IMG/VR virus record: IMGVR_UViG_3300045988_052641
Coordinates: 1-64,000 of that record
Source of the DNA: a virus
Direction: 5' to 3' (one strand)
DNA: 64,000 nucleotides
In this document: piece by piece, positions 1 to 10,230 of the stretch
How the letters are laid out: each line of letters begins with the position of its first letter
How positions within the stretch are numbered: position 1 is the stretch's first letter
Translations under genes and position numbers: made by a program
Notes under the pieces: model-generated
The model's input: the letters and a program-made list of their open reading frames with translations, nothing else
Told to the model about the DNA's origin: nothing
The model's database searches: none

Positions 1-80
1 CAACGAAGGGGAGCCTACACCCCCCCTAGTGATATTCTGGCTGGAATGTCTATTCCATAACCTATCACCATACATAAGAA

Positions 81-449
81 CTATTCAAAGTAGTCTGGGA
101 ACTTATCTTTTAATATTTCGGATATGTCCACGCCAGTCAGTTCAGCCATAGATAATTCTTCCAACATTGCGTCTTCAGAATCGTCCACACTACCGTCAGC
201 GCTATCAATAAGATTGAGCAATAATTGAGCTTTCTCATCAGTCAGCCCGTCTTGTGCCCATTTGCTTACTACTTCTGCAAAGAACTCATCGAACTCATAA
301 GAAGTTTGCTCGTCTTCATCAGCGATTGCATTCTTCTTGGCAAACAGTTCTTTGATGTCTTCATCTGTAATAGTTCCGGCTTTATCATAAGCCGCGTTCA
401 ATGACTCTATAAGAGAGTCTTGTTCATCGAATGTCATTGTTGTTAACAA
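81..449 (-). CDS. highly acidic small protein (Asp/Glu-rich); possible DNA-mimic/anti-restriction-like
   Basis: 122 aa ORF, very high D/E content, TAG stop; function inferred only from composition. Confidence 0.4.
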   Translation of the reverse strand: MLTTMTFDEQDSLIESLNAAYDKAGTITDEDIKELFAKKNAIADEDEQTSYEFDEFFAEVVSKWAQDGLTDEKAQLLLNLIDSADGSVDDSEDAMLEELSMAELTGVDISEILKDKFPDYFE

Positions 450-602
450 TTAATGTTAAGAACATGTGAATAGTCTATTCACACCAACCCTCAAGGGCTT
501 AAGATAATGTATGGTAATCAAATCACCATTACAGCAGTGGGGACTGCTTAAACAGGCATTTCACTCTCAATTATGCCTGTGGTTATGTTAGAATAAAGAA
601 AT

Positions 603-926
603 TCACTTCTTCCAGGATATGAATAGATATTCTCCAACTAAGCCAGGATATCCTTCTTTATCAATAACCTTAACGAAGAATCGTTTATCTTCGTAGTATT
701 TAAGGATTTCATCCTTGGCTTTAGCTACATCATCATTCAAATCCATAACAAGACTAAAGTAATTGTTCTCACTCTTAGCCTTAATAAGTTGGTCAGTAGT
801 ATCTAGAAACCTCTTAATTAGAGTTTCTTGTGTCACCACTTCATTGTAAGTGGCAACTGAATATGCCTCGTCCGCATTCATAGATTCACCTTCCAACAAT
901 TTACCAAAATTAAAGATATTCTTCAT
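603..926 (-). CDS. hypothetical protein
   Basis: 107 aa ORF on the minus-strand gene block. Confidence 0.5.
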   Translation of the reverse strand: MKNIFNFGKLLEGESMNADEAYSVATYNEVVTQETLIKRFLDTTDQLIKAKSENNYFSLVMDLNDDVAKAKDEILKYYEDKRFFVKVIDKEGYPGLVGEYLFISWKK

Positions 927-946
927 AATAACTAATAATTAGTTTG

Positions 947-1022
947 TGGTCCAGACGAGATTCAAACTCGTGACCTTCCCTTTAGGAGAGGGACGCTCTA
1001 TTCTACTGAGCTACTAGACCCC
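947..1022 (-). tRNA. tRNA-Arg(CCT)
   Basis: reverse complement folds as cloverleaf: acceptor GGGGTCT/AGACCCC-like, T-arm GGTCACGAGTTTGAATCTCGT, anticodon loop CTCCTAA. Confidence 0.75.
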
Positions 1023-1230
1023 TTTACGTTATACGTTAATACTCCCAGTATGTCTGCCTTTTATTTTAACAGAATTAGCATCGATGTCTCCTTATCCTTA
1101 TTCGTTTCAGATATTAATTTACCATTTACGTAAATTTTACGCTTGATTTGTGAGATAGTGATATTGTCCTCTTCAATGTCATAGGACTCATTATCAATAA
1201 ATAACTTATTCATAATTCTTTTTATCCAGT

Positions 1231-1833
1231 TCATCTTCCTTCGTAATACTTAATCAGTTTATCAAATGCTTCAATCCTAGCATTGTGACCCTTCTCGTCA
1301 TCGGGAGTCCACCAAAATGCCTTACCATACCTATCTTTAGGTGCGCCTAAGAACTCTCTATTGAACTCTGGAAACATAGCAACTATATCACGTTCATCGT
1401 AGATGTTGATTCCTCTTTCTGTGCCAGCCATAGCATGTTCAATGCAGAAACACATTCCCCAGTATTCTGAATGGTCTTCAAACAGCTTCTTAGCTTTTAG
1501 TAAGATAGTGTGCTTATTGATTCTTTCTGTGTACCAATAGATGAGCTTATCAAAAGCTACAAGCCTATGTTTCTTCTCATCTACTGGCCACCAGAAGACA
1601 AGTCTAGCCACTTCTTCTTGTTTGACATTACCTCCTAGAAACTCTGGATTAAACTCCGGAATTAGTGTTACTAATTCATTATAAGAGGGAGGTATTCCTT
1701 CTTTAAACACTCCGTTGAATGCTTGCTTCATATAGTGGCACATACCACCATTCTTATCACTGCCTGGTTTTGTATCTTTATCATACAAGTCTTTAGCAGT
1801 CTTTAATCTTTTAATAATTTCTAAGTTAGTCAT
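1231..1833 (-). CDS. hypothetical protein with internal tandem duplication (~90 aa repeat, GMC(H/F)...FWW(P/T)xDEK...AFDKLI(Y/K)(W/Y)Y)
   Basis: 200 aa ORF; two clearly homologous halves visible in translation. Confidence 0.55.
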   Translation of the reverse strand: MTNLEIIKRLKTAKDLYDKDTKPGSDKNGGMCHYMKQAFNGVFKEGIPPSYNELVTLIPEFNPEFLGGNVKQEEVARLVFWWPVDEKKHRLVAFDKLIYWYTERINKHTILLKAKKLFEDHSEYWGMCFCIEHAMAGTERGINIYDERDIVAMFPEFNREFLGAPKDRYGKAFWWTPDDEKGHNARIEAFDKLIKYYEGR

Positions 1834-1853
1834 CTCTTTCCTTATTAAGTTAG

Positions 1854-1925
1854 TAGTCCCAGGCAGAGTCGAACTGCCATTTCAGGTTCCGTAGACCAGC
1901 GTTCTATCCATTGAACTATAGGACC
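1854..1925 (-). tRNA. tRNA-Arg(ACG) (one mismatch in anticodon stem)
   Basis: T-arm GGCAGTTCGACTCTGCC, D-arm GTTCAATGGATAGAAC, anticodon loop CTACGGA. Confidence 0.6.
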
Positions 1926-2072
1926 ATACAGGAAGCAATTCCGATTTAACGGCCGCCCTTGCCAGTATCACGTACTGGGCTTTTCACGTGGACGGTCTGT
2001 CAGCATAACTCACAGTATTACTTACATGCTTCCTTTAAAGTTTAGCCTCTTCCAGCGCAAGAGCACTTATAG

Positions 2073-2339
2073 TCACTCTTCGCCATAGTACATCAAGTAT
2101 AGTACTTGCTGACGCAAACCATATCTACGTGTAACCACGTTAGCTTCCGCTCTCCTGGAAAGCGCAGCATTGATACTCCTCTTGAGTTTATCGGCATCAA
2201 ATAGCAAACCAGTCACTCCTACTAATCCATTAGGCTCATCAGCGCAGATGTAATCTACTGCTTCAAAGAGCTGGGCTTTAGTTTCAGAGCTGTTCACCTT
2301 CTGCCATTTCTTTATTTCTTTCTCAAAGTCCATAATCAA
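2073..2339 (-). CDS. hypothetical protein
   Basis: 88 aa ORF. Confidence 0.45.
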   Translation of the reverse strand: MIMDFEKEIKKWQKVNSSETKAQLFEAVDYICADEPNGLVGVTGLLFDADKLKRSINAALSRRAEANVVTRRYGLRQQVLYLMYYGEE

Positions 2340-2710
2340 TTAAGTGCTTCGAGTTCTTTAGCCAATTCTTCCAGAGACTTACCTTCGAGTTCAGCGTCTT
2401 GTTTCTTAGCCATAAGGTCAAGAATCTTCTGACGCTTAGCTTTCTTCTCACTTTCAAGTAGACGGTCTTCCTGTTCTTGCAACTTAACATCAATAATGTG
2501 TTTTGCAATATTGAATTTCAGTTCAAGTTCGGTAGTGTCCTTAGTCCGGGTTTTGATGAAGCTTTCAGTTTTAGACTCTTGCAATTTCTTGTTAAGAGCA
2601 ATTGCAATATTGTCAAGTTGAATTAAGGGCAAATCCCACAAGTCTTCAACAGAAAGAACTCCACGTTGCGTGTTAAAACGCAATTTCATTCTAGATGCTT
2701 TCTCAAACAT
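2336..2710 (-). CDS. hypothetical coiled-coil protein
   Basis: 124 aa ORF, K/E-rich heptad-like sequence, stop/start overlap with neighbour. Confidence 0.5.
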   Translation of the reverse strand: MFEKASRMKLRFNTQRGVLSVEDLWDLPLIQLDNIAIALNKKLQESKTESFIKTRTKDTTELELKFNIAKHIIDVKLQEQEDRLLESEKKAKRQKILDLMAKKQDAELEGKSLEELAKELEALN

Positions 2711-2712
2711 AA

Positions 2713-3651
2713 TTATAGCATTAAATTGTTAATACGTTTATATTCTTCAAACACTTTGTCCTCTGATTCTTCTCCCCACATACTGTGAATGAGAACACCG
2801 TAAGCACAAGGCTGGTACACAATAGGGTCTACTGCCTTCTTAGTGATTGTAACCTCTGGATTGTTTAATTGACCAGGAGGGCAAGCTACAAATAGCTCAT
2901 TTCTACCTATCTTAACAGCATCAAAGGAAACTATGTTAGAATAGCTAAAACCCTTTACATCAGCAGGAAGACCAGGATTCTTGTTAACTATACTGGACAG
3001 CCTGAGTGTGCCTTCTATATCAGGACCAACAACTATATGATTATGTGATTCTATGTATTTCTTCAGATTGTTCAATATAGTTTTGCTGTCATTATATCCA
3101 TAGTTGATACCTGTAACATAATAATATGCTCCATTAGTACACTCCAACCCCAAATCAGAGAACATTGGTCCTTCACCATTAAGCTTGCGCTTAACTTTTA
3201 TGATTTCTCTGATGTTGCGGTCAGGAATTACTCCAGTGTATTGTTTTAGTAGACCTTTGACAAGTTTATATTTCTTACAAACTTCATCAAATTGTTTAGA
3301 GCCAACCAAAAGAGTACTCTCTCCGAACACCTCTCTTGCACGCTTTACGAAATTAAATAGGTTCTTAGCGCGCATGGCATCCAGAGCTATCTGATTATAT
3401 TCCGATATTTTAGCTTGCAATAGCCTGGCATTCTTTGAGCTACCTAGCCCAGCATCAACCAACGTGTTGTATTCTCTTACTAATGTATCTCTATTAGGAA
3501 TATCAACTGATGTCTTGGAAACAGAACGTAGATATTCCTCCATACATAAAGCAAGAGCCATAGCTATGTTGGACTGAATAGTCATCACCGGCACGTCAAC
3601 CACTTCTGGAGTTATAACTTCAGAATCATTGCGTTTTAGAAATCTAAACAT
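2713..3651 (-). CDS. paralog family protein A (shared C-terminal motif V(L/M/G)I(H/V)SxWG(E/V)ExxD)
   Basis: 312 aa; C-terminus VLIHSMWGEESEDKVFEEY matches ORFs 5668..6534 and 10559..11404; N-terminal AGLG motif also shared. Confidence 0.6.
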   Translation of the reverse strand: MFRFLKRNDSEVITPEVVDVPVMTIQSNIAMALALCMEEYLRSVSKTSVDIPNRDTLVREYNTLVDAGLGSSKNARLLQAKISEYNQIALDAMRAKNLFNFVKRAREVFGESTLLVGSKQFDEVCKKYKLVKGLLKQYTGVIPDRNIREIIKVKRKLNGEGPMFSDLGLECTNGAYYYVTGINYGYNDSKTILNNLKKYIESHNHIVVGPDIEGTLRLSSIVNKNPGLPADVKGFSYSNIVSFDAVKIGRNELFVACPPGQLNNPEVTITKKAVDPIVYQPCAYGVLIHSMWGEESEDKVFEEYKRINNLML

Positions 3652-5663
3652 CAGAAATTGACTTTTAAAGTTCTACTAAATGTTCCGTCCACTTTAACAA
3701 TAACGGAATTACGCATAGTAGATGAGAATCCTAATCCACTCAATTGATGTTCTTGGTAAGGAGTCTTCATCTTATCAGCTAGAACCTCAAATACCTTACG
3801 GTGAGGAGTTAGCTCACTGTTAAGATATTCGTTAAAGAATCCACGAACAGGCTCCGGATTCTTGCAATCATCCAACATAAAGAAGTAATGTTTATTGCCA
3901 ATACCCTGCTCATCCCAATAATTGGGAGACATCATCATCACGTTCACCTTATGGAACTTGTTAGTATCAATATTCCATATGCCTATTGACGAATTGCTAG
4001 TACTGGGTATTAGCTCTCTTATTTGGATGCCTTTAGATTTACTGTAAGTAATCTCGGCAACCATAACATTCTCTTTATGTTTAACGGGCTTGTCATAGAC
4101 AAATTGTCGAACTTCTCCGTTATATTCTATTTCCAATGTAAAGCCTGTGTCAACAGATTCTCTACAACAGAAGTTATTAACATATACGGTGTAATTGCCT
4201 TTAAGCATCTTACGTTCGTCAACCCATATGATGTTCTCAACGGGTTTACGAGTTTTGCCATATCCAGCATTTTCATCCACGTCTAGCTTACCGCCACTTT
4301 TACCAGTTCTGTTAGAATAGTAGATTTCGTTGTATGAAGGTTCAACGACATGCAAATCCAAGTCATCATAGTTAGACCATGCCAACGAACATCTTAAGAA
4401 TCCTTCAGTCTGACCACCAGCAGCTCTTACTTTCTCTTTAATAGAATCAGCTACCCCTCCATTATATGTCCAAGCAAAGTTGTTCGGCCATTTAAACAGA
4501 TTCTTAGCATCCTTGTTAACAGGAGCTGTAAGAGTTACTAAGTTATTAGACAGCCTACTCTCCATTAACACTTCTATGTTAGTGGCAGTGGGTACCACAT
4601 TAGCAATGAAATCATCAATGCTAATTTCAGTTAACTTGTCAAACTTCTTAGGATTAACTTTAGTGTCTGCGGCCAGTTCCTCGAATATGTTTCCGGCCAT
4701 TACCTTCTTGGCATCACGGTTAGCGAATATAACATTGTTGACTGTTATATCTTCTAAGGCAGCATGTCTACGAGGCAGAGAATCCATAAGACCTAATTCT
4801 TGCACTTTCTTCTGTGCTTCCTCAATCATTCTTTTAGTAACAATTGACTTAGGTCTTTGATAGTTCTCTGGAGCCATGATACGTTCGTATGCAGTCACAC
4901 AATCGTCCAGTTCAAGTCCTGATGATATATTTACCAACAATGTACCAATTGCCGTATTACGAATGCGTGCACATCCTACACGATTGAAGTTTGCCCAACA
5001 CCAGTTGTCTTTCTCTTCATCAGGTAATGAATCATAGTGTCTTTTATGACCCAGGAATACACTTAAGTCATTTTTAAACTGTTCTCCTCTATATAAAGCA
5101 TTCTGACCTATTAAGTCCAGAACTGTTTCTATAGAATCGATAGTTAATTCCTCCAGTGCACGTTTGAACACTTCCTTAGTTGTGCGTAAAGTCCCCATTA
5201 CAGCAGATACGGATTCAGTTCCTGTATACACCAATTGATTTGGCATATGATAATAGAGATGATTCCAGGTAATTACTTTAGGACCTTGCAAACTGTCAAT
5301 ATAGACATTGTTTCTATCAATTCCTAGTTCATAATCACGAGTGATAAAAACATCTACAACTGGTTTTGATTTCACTAATGCATCGAGATTTCTAGCTACA
5401 GTAGCATAAGGTTCATCCAACTGTAGGTTCTCCCACATGGTTACTACTTTATTGTCTTTAATGGCGACAACTCTACCATAATGTCTGATATAATGTTTAC
5501 AATTGTTGCAATTATGAGACTGTCTCTCTTCCTCCGGAAAGGAATTAAGGTAACAATCCCATAATGCGTCCTTGTCTACATTAGTCAGAAAGAGCATGTC
5601 TGCACCAGCAGCTAGTTGATTAAACTGCGCATGGACTGCTCTTTTAAACTTGACAAATTCCAT
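3651..5663 (-). CDS. large hypothetical protein (670 aa)
   Basis: long uninterrupted ORF between two paralog-family genes; no motif I can name with confidence. Confidence 0.6.
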   Translation of the reverse strand: MEFVKFKRAVHAQFNQLAAGADMLFLTNVDKDALWDCYLNSFPEEERQSHNCNNCKHYIRHYGRVVAIKDNKVVTMWENLQLDEPYATVARNLDALVKSKPVVDVFITRDYELGIDRNNVYIDSLQGPKVITWNHLYYHMPNQLVYTGTESVSAVMGTLRTTKEVFKRALEELTIDSIETVLDLIGQNALYRGEQFKNDLSVFLGHKRHYDSLPDEEKDNWCWANFNRVGCARIRNTAIGTLLVNISSGLELDDCVTAYERIMAPENYQRPKSIVTKRMIEEAQKKVQELGLMDSLPRRHAALEDITVNNVIFANRDAKKVMAGNIFEELAADTKVNPKKFDKLTEISIDDFIANVVPTATNIEVLMESRLSNNLVTLTAPVNKDAKNLFKWPNNFAWTYNGGVADSIKEKVRAAGGQTEGFLRCSLAWSNYDDLDLHVVEPSYNEIYYSNRTGKSGGKLDVDENAGYGKTRKPVENIIWVDERKMLKGNYTVYVNNFCCRESVDTGFTLEIEYNGEVRQFVYDKPVKHKENVMVAEITYSKSKGIQIRELIPSTSNSSIGIWNIDTNKFHKVNVMMMSPNYWDEQGIGNKHYFFMLDDCKNPEPVRGFFNEYLNSELTPHRKVFEVLADKMKTPYQEHQLSGLGFSSTMRNSVIVKVDGTFSRTLKVNF

Positions 5664-5667
5664 AATC

Positions 5668-6534
5668 TTATAAAGGTTTAATATTGTCGAATATATTGTC
5701 TTCGGCTTCTACTCCCCATTTAGAGTGAATCATTACCCCTATTGGAGTTACTTGAAATACAAATGGGTCATTATTGATAGGAATAATCTTCCTTTCCGGA
5801 ACTGTAAACTGCATCGTTTCATTCATTTCTTCAATAGGAGCGGCAATGAATAAGTCAGCACTGCTACATTCTTTTGAATCAGCAATGTTCACATCATGTG
5901 CCTTGGCTTTATTAAGGATATGAAAGAATGGATATGCATTCATTCTAGCCTTATTTCTACTCAAATACATAAGTCCAATATGGGAAGGTTCCTGCCTAAT
6001 GAAGTACCTTCCAACCGGATAGGACATGCTATCAATAGGCATAGGGTGAGTAGCAACTTGCATACCAGTAACATACCGTAAAGGTGAACCGTTTCCGCTG
6101 TAGTTAACATACTCATTTGCCTCAAGTGCTTGAGCAGTAGCCATTACCTTGGAGATTTCATCAATGTTCTCATCAGGTACAGAACCTTTATAAGCTGATA
6201 GTCTTCCAACAACTAATCCATACTTAACATTCAGATTAATGAAATCCTCCTCCTTAAGTATCAATGAGCCAGGGAAATGTCTTTGCAAAAAGCTATAACA
6301 TTTTAAGACTTTAAGGTCCTCTTCCGAAGTGATAGCATCACCTACTTCTTTAGAATTAGTAAATCCTAAAGCTTTCAGTTTGACAGCCTTATCAACTAGT
6401 TGATGATTCGGATTCAGACCCTTAATAGTCTTCATGTACTCTACAGCCATTAGAGTATAAGCTAATTGCACTTCTTGGGCTGTGAATCTCTTTGTGCCTA
6501 CAGACGTATCTGTAGAAGGACTAAAATTGTTCAT
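5668..6534 (-). CDS. paralog family protein B
   Basis: 288 aa; C-terminus VMIHSKWGVEAEDNIFDNI. Confidence 0.6.
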   Translation of the reverse strand: MNNFSPSTDTSVGTKRFTAQEVQLAYTLMAVEYMKTIKGLNPNHQLVDKAVKLKALGFTNSKEVGDAITSEEDLKVLKCYSFLQRHFPGSLILKEEDFINLNVKYGLVVGRLSAYKGSVPDENIDEISKVMATAQALEANEYVNYSGNGSPLRYVTGMQVATHPMPIDSMSYPVGRYFIRQEPSHIGLMYLSRNKARMNAYPFFHILNKAKAHDVNIADSKECSSADLFIAAPIEEMNETMQFTVPERKIIPINNDPFVFQVTPIGVMIHSKWGVEAEDNIFDNIKPL

Positions 6535-6654
6535 AATTACTTTTGTTTAACTGAACCTGGTCTGGTAGTAGCTCTCTTAAATGAATCAGATTGCTTATCC
6601 CACCAAGCCTGTCGGTCTTTAAGACGTTGTACTTTCTTCTTGTATTTCATAGGT

Positions 6655-7059
6655 TTATCCTATTTCGTTACTAGCATTATAAGCAAGCTTGTCGGCTTCC
6701 TTATTATGTTCATCACTTGCATGACCTTTACACCACTCAACAGACACTACTTTATGCCTGTTCACAGCCTTATCAAGACGTTCCCACAAATCAGTGTTGG
6801 CTTTCCTCTTCCACCCTTTAGTAAGAGTTCCTACAATATACATAGAATCTGTTACTATTGTAATTTCAGAAGGTTCCTTTATAGATTCCAGGGCAACTAT
6901 GGCAGCCATTTGCTCCATTCGCTGATTGGTGCTGTTCTTATACATCTTACTGTATTGGAATATCTTCTTGTCATCCTCTAAAATGACAAAGCCTATTCCC
7001 CCTTGATTTCTCGCAGGAGAATAGGCACCATCACAGTATATTCTGTACTTATGCGTCGG
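6655..7059 (-). CDS. rnhA: ribonuclease HI
   Basis: motifs YCDGA...E(QMAAIVALE)...TDSMY...EWCKGHASDEHNKEADKLA = RNase H D-E-D-H-D catalytic signature; ORF-track start (7122) overlaps upstream gene so internal Met at ~7059 preferred. Confidence 0.8.
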   Translation of the reverse strand, partial: PTHKYRIYCDGAYSPARNQGGIGFVILEDDKKIFQYSKMYKNSTNQRMEQMAAIVALESIKEPSEITIVTDSMYIVGTLTKGWKRKANTDLWERLDKAVNRHKVVSVEWCKGHASDEHNKEADKLAYNASNEIG

Positions 7060-7573
7060 CATTAGGATTCTCAACAAAATCCTCATCATCCTCATCTTCT
7101 TCGGATATGACATCTTCATCAATAAGGTGCTTAACCCACATACCTAAGATAAAGATGACATAGAATTTGTCTTTCTCCTGTTTGTAGTTAACCTTGTCAG
7201 AGACTTCATTAACTACATCTAACATTGTGAACTCCTCTTTAGCCATAGCATCGTCAGCTATAGCAGACATTTCTTCTACATAAGGTCTAGCCTTCTGCAT
7301 CGCTTCGTCAAAACTCTTTACTAAGGCTATGCCTTCATCACCTCTAATTTGCATAGCAACAGATAGAGGTTGTTGCAATTCATTTCTAAAGAAGCCCAAA
7401 TAGAAAGCTTTCTCTACATTTCCGTTCACGAAGTCATTGAAAGATTTAGCTTTCATTACTTCTTCTACTTTGAAATCAATTTCTGATACGTCTCTGATTT
7501 TGTCCATAATGTTATGATAGCAACCCACCAATCTTCTCGGCCATGGCTGTTGCTTTGTTAGAAACTGCTTCAA
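7049..7573 (-). CDS. hypothetical acidic protein
   Basis: 174 aa ORF. Confidence 0.5.
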   Translation of the reverse strand: MKQFLTKQQPWPRRLVGCYHNIMDKIRDVSEIDFKVEEVMKAKSFNDFVNGNVEKAFYLGFFRNELQQPLSVAMQIRGDEGIALVKSFDEAMQKARPYVEEMSAIADDAMAKEEFTMLDVVNEVSDKVNYKQEKDKFYVIFILGMWVKHLIDEDVISEEDEDDEDFVENPNADA

Positions 7574-7763
7574 GGTTTGCAGCTTCAGTTTGTAATTCGA
7601 TAATCTCTTGTTCTCTAACCTCTTTCTCTGCTTGAGCTTTAGATGCTACCTCTTTAAGATTGGTAACAGCTTTCTCAAATACATCAATAATCTTAGCTGA
7701 TTCTTCGGCTAGTGAGGTACTTGTTACTTTAGCCGGTTCGGCTGATTGTTTCTTTCCAAACAT
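7512..7763 (-). CDS. hypothetical coiled-coil protein
   Basis: 83 aa ORF. Confidence 0.4.
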   Translation of the reverse strand: MFGKKQSAEPAKVTSTSLAEESAKIIDVFEKAVTNLKEVASKAQAEKEVREQEIIELQTEAANLEAVSNKATAMAEKIGGLLS

Positions 7764-7795
7764 CTTATAGGATTAGAATTACAGGGTTCAGGGTG

Positions 7796-7878
7796 AGCGG
7801 CTGTCGGGAATCGAACCCAATCTATCACTTGTGCGCATACTAAAATTAGTGATGTGCCCTCCTTTACACTACAACCGC
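7796..7878 (-). tRNA. tRNA-like gene with non-canonical anticodon arm (6-bp stem ATCACT/AGTGAT closing an 18-nt loop)
   Basis: perfect acceptor GCGGTTG/CAGCCGC, D-arm GTGTAAAGGAGGGCACA, T-arm TTGGGTTCGATTCCCGA present; anticodon cannot be assigned. Confidence 0.4.
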
Positions 7879-7988
7879 ATGGAGCAGTGGTTAGAATACT
7901 AATAGTCAAACACTAATAGTCATTCCTAAAGAGGTGTTCTGCAACCACCCCACAGTCAGCGCTAAACTGCACGTCTTATTACATACGC

Positions 7989-8630
7989 TCAACTAACCAT
8001 ACACCAATAATGACCTAGCAACCTCGGTCTATAAAAGTCAGAGTCTGTTCCATTGGAGTCAGGATTAGAATTGGCAAATCCATAACAGTAATCATAATAG
8101 TCTGCTGCTTTATGAGGTTTAGCAATCTTACCAAACTTGGGCAAAGCATGATTCTTGTTCTCCTTCCATTGCTTAGTACTAATGTTGTATCGACGACCTT
8201 TAGGAGTCTGCTCAACAGATTGTACTAATCCATTATCATCAACTCTAAAGAAAGCTTGTCTCCATCTATAATCGGTGAAGTAGTCGTCTAGGTATTCAGT
8301 TTTATCAGTATTCTTAATCCACTCATTCCAGGCTTTGGCTAGCTCTTTATAAGGCTTACCTACATACTTGGCTATGAATTTCACAATCCTGGATTCTTTA
8401 ACGTATCCATAACCGTGGTCCCAAGCTATATGACAACTTTTGTCTAATACCTTTCTACCATATCCTCTCTGCGCTGCTACTTCTTTAGACACTCTCAAAT
8501 TGAAATCAGCATCAAAATCAGCTAGCGTTACTTTAGTAAGGTGTCTAGGATAGTAACTTGGATTACGAGTATGCTTGCTTTTACGTTTATACTCTTTCCT
8601 ATGACCAAGTTTAAGTCTTCGTTCACTCAT
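7989..8630 (-). CDS. hypothetical protein
   Basis: 213 aa ORF. Confidence 0.5.
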   Translation of the reverse strand: MSERRLKLGHRKEYKRKSKHTRNPSYYPRHLTKVTLADFDADFNLRVSKEVAAQRGYGRKVLDKSCHIAWDHGYGYVKESRIVKFIAKYVGKPYKELAKAWNEWIKNTDKTEYLDDYFTDYRWRQAFFRVDDNGLVQSVEQTPKGRRYNISTKQWKENKNHALPKFGKIAKPHKAADYYDYCYGFANSNPDSNGTDSDFYRPRLLGHYWCMVS

Positions 8631-8631
8631 G

Positions 8632-8916
8632 TTATAGTATTTTAGTTACTTTACCAAATACGGATTTGGTCCACCCATTAATCTTACCATGATTGTTGCC
8701 TATAAGAACTCCTCTGTCTCCCTTAGCTTTGACTAAGTGAGTATAGTATCTACCTTTAACTTTGCAGAATACTATATCACCTACCTCTACATCGCTAAGA
8801 TTTATAGGACTCAAGACATGCTCTTGGCCAGATTTGATTAGAGGAGTCATAGAGTTTCCCTTCTCTGAGGTTCTGAAGGATTTTCCTTCGGTCAATAGTC
8901 TCTCCTTGTAATGCAT
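8632..8916 (-). CDS. hypothetical protein (true start probably internal Met)
   Basis: 94 aa ORF overlapping next ORF by ~120 nt. Confidence 0.35.
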   Translation of the reverse strand: MHYKERLLTEGKSFRTSEKGNSMTPLIKSGQEHVLSPINLSDVEVGDIVFCKVKGRYYTHLVKAKGDRGVLIGNNHGKINGWTKSVFGKVTKIL

Positions 8917-9286
8917 CGGCTTTAGACATTAAATATACAAAGTTTAATCTCTCTTCCATGGTAGAACCATTACTTATTCTTTCAAACAAGGTTAGTTCTT
9001 GCCCATTTTTGTAGTTATAGTAAGATATCAACTCATTATATCTGGCAGTTTTACTATTCAACGAAGCTATAGTCATTGGATATCTTCTTAGCACTACTCC
9101 CCTATATAAATCAACAAGTTCACCCAATGAGTTGGCAATCTTTAATAACCTAACTACATTGGGTGAACCGTGTTTCTTGTACCTAATAGCATAACTCTCC
9201 AGAGCAGCATCCCAATCATGGAATACATGTTGAGCTTGAGTTAAATCAATCTCAACTATTTTGCGCAGGAACTCTTCTATAGTCAT
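8795..9286 (-). CDS. hypothetical protein
   Basis: 163 aa ORF. Confidence 0.5.
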   Translation of the reverse strand: MTIEEFLRKIVEIDLTQAQHVFHDWDAALESYAIRYKKHGSPNVVRLLKIANSLGELVDLYRGVVLRRYPMTIASLNSKTARYNELISYYNYKNGQELTLFERISNGSTMEERLNFVYLMSKADALQGETIDRRKILQNLREGKLYDSSNQIWPRACLESYKS

Positions 9287-9489
9287 ATTAATTAGATATT
9301 GTAGGTGATGTTAACTTGTCAATTAGATTCTTCATTGCTTCTTCACCAGCAGCAAAACCTTCAGAATACCCGATTTTATATGCCTTCTCTATAGATACAG
9401 CAACAGCTTCCATGACGCTATTGCCCTCATACTGTTTCTTTAATTCTTCTAATAGTTCTTTCATAAATCCTCCTTCCTTTAATTATTAG

Positions 9490-9575
9490 TAGCTTGAGTG
9501 GGATTCGAACCCACACGTCCATTTCTGGACACCAGAGCTTAAATCTGGGGCGTCTACCAATTTCGCCATCAAGCC
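9490..9575 (-). tRNA. tRNA-Leu(TAA), class II
   Basis: acceptor GGCTTGA/TCAAGCT, anticodon arm CCAGA-TTTAAGC-TCTGG, long variable arm, T-arm GTGGGTTCGAATCCCAC. Confidence 0.8.
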
Positions 9576-9809
9576 ATACCCTTATACTGACATCATGACC
9601 TTGATTGTAACTACAATTATCATTCCTATAGTACTTATAGCAGCTATACTTAAGAATATCTTAACCCATTTAAAGTCACAATCCCATATAGTTAGTAACA
9701 TAGCTATTAATGCAGCCACAAATGCAATGACTACAGTAATCATTAATGCTGTTTCCATATCAATCTCTTACTAAGTCTATCCAATTAATTAGGATATGAT
9801 ACAACCACC

Positions 9810-10205
9810 TCATAATACGTAATCGCAATAAGTGTCAACAAAATCCTTAGCTTCTTTTAAACCACATTTAGCAGATTCTTTTACATGCTTAACTGCTTGC
9901 AGTTTGGAACCAGTCTGTACAAACTGTTTCATCTTAAAGAAGTCTTCACATGACAAATCAATTGTATTATTCCAACGCTTCCTGTATGCAAGCATTGCAT
10001 CACTATACTCTTGAGGATGTTCTGTCCAGGTAATTTGTTGGTCTAATATAACTGTACAAGTTCCATCAAGTATATCATATTCTCTAGATTCTACGGTGAA
10101 TTTACCAGCTTCTAACACTACTATATCAGTAGGAAATGGAATCATCTCTGATGAGATTGATACTTCCTCTATTGTCTTATCATCTTTTACAAATTTTACA
10201 AACAT
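9810..10205 (-). CDS. hypothetical protein
   Basis: 131 aa ORF. Confidence 0.5.
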   Translation of the reverse strand: MFVKFVKDDKTIEEVSISSEMIPFPTDIVVLEAGKFTVESREYDILDGTCTVILDQQITWTEHPQEYSDAMLAYRKRWNNTIDLSCEDFFKMKQFVQTGSKLQAVKHVKESAKCGLKEAKDFVDTYCDYVL

Positions 10206-10230
10206 AATCTTTAAGTATTAACTAATAATG

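Noticed and set aside
3185-6981. Plus-strand ORFs 3185-3394, 4023-4286, 4480-4860, 5896-6081 and 6466-6981
   Set aside because: Each is fully embedded antisense within a longer, motif-bearing minus-strand gene in a uniformly leftward block, and most are hydrophobic nonsense sequence. Treated as spurious.
8795-9286. Possible HD-domain dATPase (DatZ-like) from the HVFHDWD motif, which would have supported the Z-DNA idea
   Set aside because: The His and the His-Asp are only three residues apart, and no downstream metal-binding Asp block is recognisable. That spacing is inconsistent with HD phosphohydrolases.
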